The notes under the pieces are model-generated. The model had not been told where the DNA came from, made no database searches, and saw nothing but the letters and a program-made list of their open reading frames with translations. 64,000 nucleotides of DNA from a virus. Below, one piece after another: positions 51,296-59,837 of the stretch. The first letter of the stretch is position 1; the number at the start of each line of letters is the position of its first letter. A program made the translations under genes and the position numbers. Location of the stretch: the IMG/VR virus record IMGVR_UViG_3300014202_000536; one strand, written 5' to 3'.

Positions 51296-52016
51296 CGCAG
51301 ATGAGGTGATTCAACAAGAACTGGATCGATGCAATATTCAAGCTGAGTACATTTCACAACAACGGTATTCAGACGCAGAGAAGATAAAGTTTGCGAAGAT
51401 TATTCGCGAATTCAATACGTTGTATTGGGATATGAGAGTGCAGACGTGGTGCAATACAAAATGGAGAGGCGTGCCAGTCTGTAAAGCGCCAACAGATTTA
51501 TGGATCTATCAAGAGTTAATTGAGGCAACGAAACCAGATTTGATCATTGAGACTGGCACATTGGCTGGTGGTAGTGCATTGTTCATGGCTGATATCCAGA
51601 AGTTACAAGGTGATGGTGGCAAGATCATTAGCATTGATATTAAGCATGATGATTTGCATGAGGCTGCCAAAAGAAGCCACGCACATTTTTGGTTAGGTTC
51701 ATCGGTCAGTGATGAGACCATGACATTCGTGAAGGCGTTCATTACGGCCAATAATTGTCAGCGTATCATGGTCATTCTTGATAGTAGTCATGAACGTGAG
51801 CATGTGATGAAAGAGTTGGAGTTGTATGCGCCATTGGTGACGGTTGGTTGTGCATTGATTGTGGAAGATACCAATAATCATCCAGGTGCAAAGTCAGCAG
51901 CGGAAGATTGGTTTGTTAGTCACGAGCAATATGGGTATCGGTTTCGACCGGATCATATGTGTGAGAAATTCATGCTCACATTTAATCGTGATGGTTTCTT
52001 TGAGAGGGTGCAGTGA
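51261..52016 (+). CDS. CmcI-family (rhamnosyl-type) O-methyltransferase
   Basis: KAPTDLWIYQE, IIETGT..GGSA, ILDSSH, VEDTN. Confidence 0.85.
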   Translation: MNQQEGIEMIVDADEVIQQELDRCNIQAEYISQQRYSDAEKIKFAKIIREFNTLYWDMRVQTWCNTKWRGVPVCKAPTDLWIYQELIEATKPDLIIETGTLAGGSALFMADIQKLQGDGGKIISIDIKHDDLHEAAKRSHAHFWLGSSVSDETMTFVKAFITANNCQRIMVILDSSHEREHVMKELELYAPLVTVGCALIVEDTNNHPGAKSAAEDWFVSHEQYGYRFRPDHMCEKFMLTFNRDGFFERVQ

Positions 52017-52582
52017 ATGCCAAATACGAAGGAATGTCAGTACCAGACAGTTTAAAAGATATTTGCAAAGTTGGAAAACATAGTTACTCCGATGTAGGAA
52101 GCCCAAATATTATTTTGCATAAGGACGGTATTGGCAAATTAATCATTGGGAGTTTTGTTTCGATTGGGCCATTTTGCAATATCTTATTGGGTAGCGAGCA
52201 TCGTACGGATTTTGTCAGTACGTTTCATTTTTCTAAACGGTTTGATAATGTTGCGCACATTAATGGTGTAGCAACAAAAGGTGATATTGTTATTGGTTCT
52301 GACGTATGGATTGGTGCGTATACAACCATATTATCAGGTGTCACAATTGGTCATGGTGCAGTGATTGGTGCATGTTCAGTCGTTTCAAAAAACGTTGAAC
52401 CATATACCATTGTTGCAGGAAATCCAATTCGCGAGATACGGAGAAGGTTTTTTGATTTTCAGATAGACGAATTGTTAAAGATTAAATGGTGGGATTTATC
52501 TGATGATCAGATACAGGAGATTGTGCCATTGTTAATGGATACAGACATTGATGCATTCATTACGCGTATGAAGCAGATTTAA
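52013..52582 (+). CDS. CatB/Vat-like hexapeptide O-acetyltransferase
   Basis: IGSDVWIG..GVTIGHGAVIGA..PYTIVAGNP..KWWD. Confidence 0.85.
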   Translation: MNAKYEGMSVPDSLKDICKVGKHSYSDVGSPNIILHKDGIGKLIIGSFVSIGPFCNILLGSEHRTDFVSTFHFSKRFDNVAHINGVATKGDIVIGSDVWIGAYTTILSGVTIGHGAVIGACSVVSKNVEPYTIVAGNPIREIRRRFFDFQIDELLKIKWWDLSDDQIQEIVPLLMDTDIDAFITRMKQI

Positions 52583-52591
52583 GGAGCTATC

Positions 52592-52981
52592 ATGCCAAGA
52601 TTACCAGCGGATATGATGTCGGCACGTATAACTGGCACAAATCCGCTTGATCCGCATTCGACAACACCGTTTGATCGGATGTATACGAAGTATCGGTTGA
52701 CGCCAGCAGTAGTGTTAGGGACGTCGTTATTTACACAACAAATTACGCTAACAGCGAACGTACCAACACTCATCATTACAGCGACAGTGGCTAAGTTTTA
52801 TATGGTCATTCCTGATAATGTTGACGTTAAGATTTATATTGGCAATGCTGGTGTCACAGTATCATCTGGATTTGGATTACCAACAGGTGTGCCGTTGACA
52901 TTTGCAATGACAGAAAATTCAGTGTTATGGGCAGTGGCAGGGTCGAATACGTTGATTCATGTGATGGATATGGGAATTTAA
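52592..52981 (+). CDS. Small jelly-roll-like structural protein
   Basis: IYIGNAGVTVSSGF.L..EN..LWAVA, paralogous to 59838. Confidence 0.55.
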   Translation: MPRLPADMMSARITGTNPLDPHSTTPFDRMYTKYRLTPAVVLGTSLFTQQITLTANVPTLIITATVAKFYMVIPDNVDVKIYIGNAGVTVSSGFGLPTGVPLTFAMTENSVLWAVAGSNTLIHVMDMGI

Positions 52982-52999
52982 TGAGGGAGATGAGGGAGA

Positions 53000-53725
53000 A
53001 TGAGGATGCCGGCAGAGACAAAAATTGAATCGATCGAATTGGGTTCACATCAACGCTGTCATATCATGTGCACGATTCTTACATTGGGATCTGTGCCAAT
53101 TGAGTTTTTGGTTGGATTTGGTCGTATGCAAATGCCAATCAATGGGCAAGTCTTTCAGCATATCATTAAAGGTTTTGAAGTTGGTAAAGGCAGGAACATG
53201 GCAGCGGAACATATCATGTCGATGCCAAAAGCAGAACGTCCACGGTATTTGTTCTTTCTTGGCGATGACATGTTACCGCCATGGGATGGATTCGTCAAGC
53301 TCTATGAAGAGGCAGAAGCAGGTGGATGGGATTGTTTGACTGGGCTCTACTTTTGGAAAGGAGAACCGCCAACGCCATTAACATGGCGCAATGACACGGT
53401 CGGACGGCTACTTCCTGGTCGTGATTTTAAAGTTGGTGAGGTCATATGGGTTGATCTCACAGGTGTTGACTTTACATTGATCAAGGTCAGTATCCTTGAA
53501 AAGTTTGCAGAGAAATTTCCTGGTCAGCCGTTCTTTAAGACGGGACCGTCATTGAGGAAAGGTTTACCAGATCACATTAAGCAGTATGCGAATCCAGAAA
53601 GTGTGGTGACACATACTGAGGATGTGTGGTTCTATGGCAAAGTGAGGGAAATGGGAGGCAAAATAGGGGTCCATACAGGTGTTCGTGTTGCACATTTGGA
53701 CGTGAAGACAGGCATGATATATTAA
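53000..53725 (+). CDS. GT-A glycosyltransferase
   Basis: RN..A, YLFFLGDD, G..FTLI, TEDVWF, H motif. Confidence 0.75.
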   Translation: MRMPAETKIESIELGSHQRCHIMCTILTLGSVPIEFLVGFGRMQMPINGQVFQHIIKGFEVGKGRNMAAEHIMSMPKAERPRYLFFLGDDMLPPWDGFVKLYEEAEAGGWDCLTGLYFWKGEPPTPLTWRNDTVGRLLPGRDFKVGEVIWVDLTGVDFTLIKVSILEKFAEKFPGQPFFKTGPSLRKGLPDHIKQYANPESVVTHTEDVWFYGKVREMGGKIGVHTGVRVAHLDVKTGMIY

Positions 53726-53736
53726 TTGGAGGATCC

Positions 53737-53973
53737 ATGGCAAAGAGGAGGCGGAAAAAATCTCGGAGATCAAATCCAGCATACAGTGATGGCGTATACG
53801 CGTTAGCAGGAAGATTTATTGACGCAGTAGATAAGGCGTCAAATGAAGGATACAGTATTGCAAAGAAAATTGACATAAAAGCTGGAAGTACAAAAATCGG
53901 TGGAATGATTGAGAAGGCAGCTGAAAGATTACGTGATATTTCTGAATCATTGGAAGATGAACTTGGTGATTGA
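53737..53973 (+). CDS. Basic NP-motif protein
   Basis: GGAGG SD; MAKRRRKKSRRSNP. Confidence 0.6.
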   Translation: MAKRRRKKSRRSNPAYSDGVYALAGRFIDAVDKASNEGYSIAKKIDIKAGSTKIGGMIEKAAERLRDISESLEDELGD

Positions 53974-54027
53974 GCATTAGTAATAAGTTGTTATTCATTC
54001 ATTCAATTTGAGGGAGAAAAAACGATC

Positions 54028-54651
54028 ATGGCATTAGAGCATCAGACAGAGTGGGGAACGGCATCACAAGATATTACAAAGGATTTGGACTTTACAAAAC
54101 CAGAAGGCAAAGATCTTAAGCGAGTTGATCTTGCATGTGGGCAACGGAAGAAAGAGGGTTATATTGGTGTTGATCTCGTTGCCACTGAGAAAACAGATAT
54201 TGTCCACAATTTACTGTCGTTTCCATGGCCGTTTGAAGATGGCAGTATCTATGAGTTTAATTGTAGCCATTTTGTCGAGCACATTCCAATTGTATTGAAA
54301 GACGATACGTATGGAATGAATCGGTTCATGGAAGAAGTCTACCGATGTTTGATGCAAGGTGGTACAATTACCATTCACGCACCGTACTATTCATCGATGA
54401 GAGCATGGCAAGATCCAACACATACTCGTGCCATTTGTGATCGGACGTTCGATTATTACAACAAAAAGCAAGTGGAGTCGATGGGTGTTGATCATTACAC
54501 ATCCAAATGCAATTTCGAAATCGTGACCATGCGATATCTTGCGCTTCCAGAGAACGAAGCATTGGCAGAAGAAGCAAAACGATGGAGAGCGCAGCATTAT
54601 TGGAATACGATTGCAGACATTGAGTTCGTGTTACGGAAGATAGAGATGTAA
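54028..54651 (+). CDS. Class I SAM-dependent methyltransferase
   Basis: DLACG..GYIGVD, PFEDGS, SHFVEH, DPTH. Confidence 0.85.
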   Translation: MALEHQTEWGTASQDITKDLDFTKPEGKDLKRVDLACGQRKKEGYIGVDLVATEKTDIVHNLLSFPWPFEDGSIYEFNCSHFVEHIPIVLKDDTYGMNRFMEEVYRCLMQGGTITIHAPYYSSMRAWQDPTHTRAICDRTFDYYNKKQVESMGVDHYTSKCNFEIVTMRYLALPENEALAEEAKRWRAQHYWNTIADIEFVLRKIEM

Positions 54652-54683
54652 GTTCGTCATTCGAATGAGGGAGGAAAAGAGTT

Positions 54684-55664
54684 ATGAGGGTTCTTTTAAC
54701 TGGGGGCGCTGGGTTTGTTGGGCATCATATCGTTGAGCATTTGCTGAAAACGACAGATTGGGAAATTGTGTTATTGGATCGATTGGACTTGAGTGGGAAT
54801 TTGAATCGGATTGGCGAAATCGCACAATCACCTGAATTGAAGAGTCGATTGAAATGGGTGTATCACGATTTTAAAGCACCATTGTCAGCGTCGGTGAATC
54901 AGCACATTGGGCGCATCGATTATATTTTGCATGTCGGTGCGTCGACGCATGTTGAACGATCCATCGTGAATCCACTTGAATTTGTTTATGACAATGTTGT
55001 TGGTACGGCCAATATTCTTGAGTGGATGCGAATCTATCAGAAGTTTGCAAGAATGGTTTACTTCTCGACTGACGAAGTTTTTGGACCAGCACCAGTCGGT
55101 ACACGATACGTTGAATGGGCACGATATGACAGTCGCAATCCATATGCAGCGACAAAAGCTGGTGGAGAGGAATTGTGTTTGGCCTATGGCAATACGTATC
55201 AGTTGGACATTCGCATTAGTCATTGCATGAATATTTTTGGTGAACGACAGCATCCAGAAAAGTTCATTCCATTGGTCATGAAGAAGGTGCTTGAAGGCAA
55301 GACTGTCTTTATTCATGCCAATTCCGAGAAGACAAAAGCTGGGAGTCGGTTCTATATTCATGCACGTAACGTCGCAGATGCCGTCACGTTTATTTTGAAA
55401 CATGGTCATGGACGTGGCAAATACAATATCGTTGGTGCAGAAGAAGTCGATAATTTGACATTGGCAAAGATGATTGCAGAAAACGTTGGGAAGCCATTGA
55501 AATATGAGTTGGTCGATTTTCATTCATCTCGACCTGGACATGATTTACGGTATGCACTTGATGGTTCAAAGATGGAAGCATTTGGATGGAAGCCACCAGT
55601 GGATTTCGCACCATCATTGCAACGAACAGTAGCATGGACGTTGAAAAACAAACATTGGCTGTAG
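54684..55664 (+). CDS. rmlB: dTDP-glucose 4,6-dehydratase-like NAD-dependent enzyme
   Basis: TGGAGFVG, THVERSI, STDEVFG, YAATK, HPEKFIP, RPGHDLRY. Confidence 0.85.
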   Translation: MRVLLTGGAGFVGHHIVEHLLKTTDWEIVLLDRLDLSGNLNRIGEIAQSPELKSRLKWVYHDFKAPLSASVNQHIGRIDYILHVGASTHVERSIVNPLEFVYDNVVGTANILEWMRIYQKFARMVYFSTDEVFGPAPVGTRYVEWARYDSRNPYAATKAGGEELCLAYGNTYQLDIRISHCMNIFGERQHPEKFIPLVMKKVLEGKTVFIHANSEKTKAGSRFYIHARNVADAVTFILKHGHGRGKYNIVGAEEVDNLTLAKMIAENVGKPLKYELVDFHSSRPGHDLRYALDGSKMEAFGWKPPVDFAPSLQRTVAWTLKNKHWL

Positions 55665-55671
55665 GTGATGT

Positions 55672-55854
55672 ATGTTGACGTTGTGCGCATGGTGCGAGAA
55701 GGAAGGTCGACGAACGGTGTTACATGAAGGCGATGAGCATGGGCCAATCTCACATGGGATTTGTCCAGAGCACGAGCAGAAGATGCTTGAACTCGCAATG
55801 AAATTGCCTCAACTCAAACGAGGCAAGAATCCTCGTCGACGAAAAAGAAAATAG
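55672..55854 (+). CDS. Small Zn-finger protein with NP tail
   Basis: CAWC..SHGICPEH; KRGKNPRRRKRK. Confidence 0.6.
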   Translation: MLTLCAWCEKEGRRTVLHEGDEHGPISHGICPEHEQKMLELAMKLPQLKRGKNPRRRKRK

Positions 55855-55984
55855 GATGTTCCCACCCAGACCATGGACTGGGTCTGCTCCTTAAAACGGA
55901 GTGGAATATTTCCATGGCCCTCACCCGGCTTCGCCACGTTACCGGGGAAATAAGAACGTGGCACTAATCTTTAAAGGAGGGAAT

Positions 55985-56395
55985 ATGAGAATAGTATCAG
56001 CCGCAGTATTAGCAGCCATCGTATTAAGTGGAACGGCAATGGCAGCAACGACAGTGACAGTGACATATACCGAACCATCACAGACAGTTGGTGGCAGCCC
56101 AATTACAAATCTAAAAGAGACGGCAATCTTTTGGAAGCAGGATGCCAAAGCTGAAGTCAAGCTGGTAATACCTGCGTCAAAGCCAGCAGGTGGTGGCGCT
56201 GTTTCTCGTGTCATTACAGTGGCAGATCCGCCAGTCTGTGGACTCACGACAATTACAGTGAGTGCAACAGCCACAGCAACGACTGGAGATGAAAGTGCGC
56301 GTGCCACACCAGTATCAACGACACGCGATAATTCAAAGTCGGCCGAATGTGTGAAATTGAAGTCGCCATCAAACTTGACCATTACAATTCAGTAA
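55985..56395 (+). CDS. Secreted Ig/FnIII-like protein
   Basis: AAGGAGG SD; signal peptide ..TAMA; GDES..PSNL FnIII-like end. Confidence 0.6.
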   Translation: MRIVSAAVLAAIVLSGTAMAATTVTVTYTEPSQTVGGSPITNLKETAIFWKQDAKAEVKLVIPASKPAGGGAVSRVITVADPPVCGLTTITVSATATATTGDESARATPVSTTRDNSKSAECVKLKSPSNLTITIQ

Positions 56396-56878
56396 ATTGT
56401 TGAGGTGATCGTGGCACGCAAACGTAAACAACGAAAAGCAAAACGAAGTGAAGTTGATAGGAAGGTGGCTGAACTTGCGAGGACCGCATCACCTCATACA
56501 ATTTTACGTGCACTCAATAAGGAATATAAGAAATATCCAAAATTGAGTAAGTCAGAAGCTGAATACGAATTTTGGATCAAGTGTGAACGATCAACTGGGA
56601 ATTTGTCGAGTGGCATGGAAAAGTGGTTGGAAGAGATGATTGATGAAGAGGGTGATGATGAGTAAAAAGGCCGCGTCACAGAGCGAGATAGTTGTCCGTT
56701 TGCATAAGGCATTGGAAGGTAGTGCACTATGTCTTGGGAATTTGGCGGTTGTGAAGAACGCCGTTCCAGGATATGGGATTTCGACGAAGAATCATAAGAA
56801 GATTGAACGCGTGTTTAAAGCACTTACACGACAAAACAAAGTGCTGACGAATGTTGCAAGGAATTGGATGAGGTAATG

Positions 56879-57124
56879 ATGGCTAAAAAACGAAAATCTC
56901 GACGAGATCCTCGGCTTGTCGAAATTTATGAAAACCTCGAGGAGGTCTATGCGAAGAAAGGTCGTCGGTCGTTGTGGCCGAAGAAACCTTTCAAGCATAC
57001 GTTTAAGAAAGGTGCTGCTGTGTTTGGTGTAAGTAAAGGTGGAAGTGTGAAACTGAAAAAGGGAGATCTTGTCGTTCGCTCACGACGTGGAAATCCCTTA
57101 TGGCGGTTTTTTGATTACAAATAG
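56879..57124 (+). CDS. Basic protein with RRDP/RRGNP motifs
   Basis: MAKKRKSRRDP; PFKHTF. Confidence 0.55.
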   Translation: MAKKRKSRRDPRLVEIYENLEEVYAKKGRRSLWPKKPFKHTFKKGAAVFGVSKGGSVKLKKGDLVVRSRRGNPLWRFFDYK

Positions 57125-57132
57125 GAGGTAGC

Positions 57133-57771
57133 ATGAGAGAGCCTTTTTTAATCAATCCACCTAAGTTCTACGCAGGAAAGCGTAGTCACGGAAAGAAGGT
57201 CCATAGGAGAAGGACGAAGAGGAAATCAAATCCAGTCGGTGAAACATTAATCACAGTTGGAGGTAATCCTATGCGGTATTTTCATCGTGCCCGTAACCCC
57301 GTCGCCACTTCGTTGAAAGGTGCGATGGATGTGCGTGGTTGGGGTCCGTTGGCGGTGACTGGCGGACTTTCTGCCGTCGCTGCTGGGATCGTGCCTACGT
57401 CCATCGCGAAGATGGCTGGGTTGAGCAACCCATGGTTGCTGCTCGGTCTTCGTGTTGGCGTTGCGTTCGGTGGTGGAATCCTCGTTAGCAAGTACGTCAA
57501 TGCAGAGCATGGGAAAGTCTGGACCATCGTTGGTACCAGCCTTGTAGCCTATGACTTGCTGCAGCAATACGTGATGCCAATGATTCTTCCTGCCATCGGG
57601 CTTTCCGGTGTTGGGTTTGAATACGATGGCTACACGGAAGCGTCGGATTCACAGGTGAACGCGTTCCCAAATCAGATGAGTGCCTATCCTGATGAAGGTG
57701 GCATTCAGGCGTTCCCGTTAGGTTCCTATCCGTATGACGGTTCATACGGAGGTTACTCGACCGCGACCTAA
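57133..57771 (+). CDS. Putative major membrane/core protein
   Basis: Four NP motifs in basic N-terminus, ~3 TM segments, C-terminal (A/S)(F/Y)P repeats; directly upstream of MCP candidate. Confidence 0.6.
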   Translation: MREPFLINPPKFYAGKRSHGKKVHRRRTKRKSNPVGETLITVGGNPMRYFHRARNPVATSLKGAMDVRGWGPLAVTGGLSAVAAGIVPTSIAKMAGLSNPWLLLGLRVGVAFGGGILVSKYVNAEHGKVWTIVGTSLVAYDLLQQYVMPMILPAIGLSGVGFEYDGYTEASDSQVNAFPNQMSAYPDEGGIQAFPLGSYPYDGSYGGYSTAT

Positions 57772-57851
57772 TTTTATTAGCGCGCGTCGATATCCTGTGC
57801 CCATGCGCTTCGGCGTTGTGGCCTAATTCTTCATTGTAAGGAGTTTCCATT

Positions 57852-58496
57852 ATGGCTAATCAGCCTGGCCAAGTGCAAGATCCGATGAGAGCACAGCAAT
57901 ATCGTACGCAGCGCGCCGAGATGCCAGAAGATCTTTGGCAGCCGCTGTACGATCGAGTGAATTATCCGGCCGCTGGAACCAGCGCGCTTGGATTCTTCTC
58001 TTCGTCACGTGGACAATCCGTGACCTTGCTGTCGACCGTGACAGCTGGCGTCTGGACTGCCGCTGCGAAGGTCAAGTCATTCCGGGATACCAACATCGAG
58101 AACTCGAACGTCGTTCCGACCAAGATGTTCAAGATCGTTGGTTGTTCCATCGGTTTCCTTTCCGCGAACCAGAATTCAACGAACGTTACCCGCGATCGAG
58201 AAATCATTCGCGGTGGTTCGTATCTGCAGTTCCGTATCGTTGACAAGGATATCATCTTCTTGCCAACGGTTACGATTCCGGAAATGAACCCGGTCGTGTC
58301 GACCACTGCAAACAGCGTGAACGGTACCGCTGGCGGTGGTGGACAGAATGTGCCGATGTACAAGTTCCCAATTCCGATCACGATCAATCCGTATGAGAAT
58401 TTCACGGTTCAATTGAACCTGGACAATTCTCCTCCGATCGATCAGACCATGGACATCTATTTGATGCTTCATGCGTACATGCGGCGCCCGACCTAA
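57852..58496 (+). CDS. Putative single-jelly-roll major capsid protein
   Basis: All-beta pattern QPLYD..FF..G..K..DTN..F.I.G..P..PITI..F.V; C-ending codon bias; TAAGGAG SD; flanking stable hairpins. Confidence 0.6.
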   Translation: MANQPGQVQDPMRAQQYRTQRAEMPEDLWQPLYDRVNYPAAGTSALGFFSSSRGQSVTLLSTVTAGVWTAAAKVKSFRDTNIENSNVVPTKMFKIVGCSIGFLSANQNSTNVTRDREIIRGGSYLQFRIVDKDIIFLPTVTIPEMNPVVSTTANSVNGTAGGGGQNVPMYKFPIPITINPYENFTVQLNLDNSPPIDQTMDIYLMLHAYMRRPT

Positions 58497-58536
58497 ACTT
58501 AGGCGTTTGCGTGTTGGTCGGTTGTATTGTGGTCAA

Positions 58537-58568
58537 GCTCGGTGTCGGCCGAAAGGCCGGCATCGGGC
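58537..58568 (+). terminator. 14-bp GAAA-tetraloop hairpin after MCP gene
   Basis: GCTCGGTGTCGGCC-GAAA-GGCCGGCATCGGGC; no U-tract. Confidence 0.6.
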
Positions 58569-58589
58569 CCATAATAAAGGTCAATCATC

Positions 58590-58961
58590 ATGTTGCCATT
58601 GCCATCGGCTGCACAACTAAAAGAAGTATATGACGCAATCATGAAAGTGATTGGGTTCATTAAAGAGAAGTCAAAAGAATTTGAACCAAAACAATGGGGT
58701 TCAAGTGAATTGACATTGCATCGACCAGGCAAAGATGAAGTCGTTGAGAAGTTTTTGTATGGGAAATTTCCTCGTATTCCTGGAATGTATGATGCCGAGA
58801 TTAATGGTGAGCGACGCATCATACAAGTTGAAGCTATTGTAATTGACATGGAAGTGTCATGGGAGTTTCGGTATCGTGGTGAGTTTAAGTGGTGGACATT
58901 TTCAGAGAAAGATATTCAAGCAACAAAATGGCATGAATTGATCGAAGTCAAATACGATTAA
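58590..58961 (+). CDS. Hypothetical protein
   Basis: ORF between the two capsid-like genes. Confidence 0.55.
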   Translation: MLPLPSAAQLKEVYDAIMKVIGFIKEKSKEFEPKQWGSSELTLHRPGKDEVVEKFLYGKFPRIPGMYDAEINGERRIIQVEAIVIDMEVSWEFRYRGEFKWWTFSEKDIQATKWHELIEVKYD

Positions 58962-59016
58962 CAAATAACCCTGTCAGTGGGTTGACTCCTACTTGGCAGT
59001 AGTACGGAGGATGATC

Positions 59017-59814
59017 ATGGCGTGGAAAGAGTATTTCATTTACGATTTTACCAATACCGCATTAACAGCCGGAACAGCTGATGGATTGCCGAACGTGCAA
59101 GCGTTTACTGATACAACAACTCGGTTAGACAGTGACGCAGATTTCGAGTTAATGAAACGATCGCACATTGCGACAGATAGTAAGATCTACGTTTCATACA
59201 GAGACGATGCATTTGGTCGGTTCGTAAATAATTCTCCACTCGATCTCCGTTGCGTGAGCGGAACAATTTTATTTACAACCGGTGTTGTTGATGTCGGTAT
59301 TCATCCAAACAATTTTTTACCGTTCATCTTGACCAATCCAATGGTCATACGTGCGGCGACGACGTTTACGGCATCATTCGCTGATTTTTCTGGTTCGACG
59401 AATTCTATTCGTCATGCGTTTCACGGTGCAAAGCTTCGGAAAGGTCAAGCACCATGGGCTGAGCAATGGAAGGCGACGCCAAATTTCGATTATACGACAA
59501 CGTTGGTGTTGGCTGCGAATTCGACAGGATCTGCCAACCTGTCCATCAATATCGATTCACACTTCTTGGTTAAGAAGCTGACAGCGACTCGGACTGGTCC
59601 AGCATTGTTGACAATTAAAGACAATGCGACTGAACGGCAATGGATGAACACAAGCATCCACATCGATAATTTGTTTGGGAATTCACAATTTCCAAATGCG
59701 ATGCCGGCACCGCGGTTTATCTATCGTGGATCAGTGATCAACATCACAGCGCAAGATTTATCAGGAGAAGAGAATACCTTGTTCTTGACGTTCTCTGGTG
59801 AGAAGTTATACTAA
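59017..59814 (+). CDS. Capsid-like protein of two tandem homologous jelly-roll domains
   Basis: Internal duplication: F.Y, D..F...K, D.A..R...N, P.....P..I, DxSGxxN.....FxGxKL occur twice. Confidence 0.6.
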   Translation: MAWKEYFIYDFTNTALTAGTADGLPNVQAFTDTTTRLDSDADFELMKRSHIATDSKIYVSYRDDAFGRFVNNSPLDLRCVSGTILFTTGVVDVGIHPNNFLPFILTNPMVIRAATTFTASFADFSGSTNSIRHAFHGAKLRKGQAPWAEQWKATPNFDYTTTLVLAANSTGSANLSINIDSHFLVKKLTATRTGPALLTIKDNATERQWMNTSIHIDNLFGNSQFPNAMPAPRFIYRGSVINITAQDLSGEENTLFLTFSGEKLY

Positions 59815-59837
59815 GCAATTGGATGAAGGAGTAGATC

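Noticed and set aside
51261..52016. Cephalosporin biosynthesis (CmcI label)
   Set aside because: The family comprises SAM-dependent sugar O-methyltransferases; no beta-lactam genes are present
52013..52582. Antibiotic resistance gene (CatB/Vat)
   Set aside because: The hexapeptide acetyltransferase fold is shared with sugar O-acetyltransferases, and the neighbours are glycan enzymes
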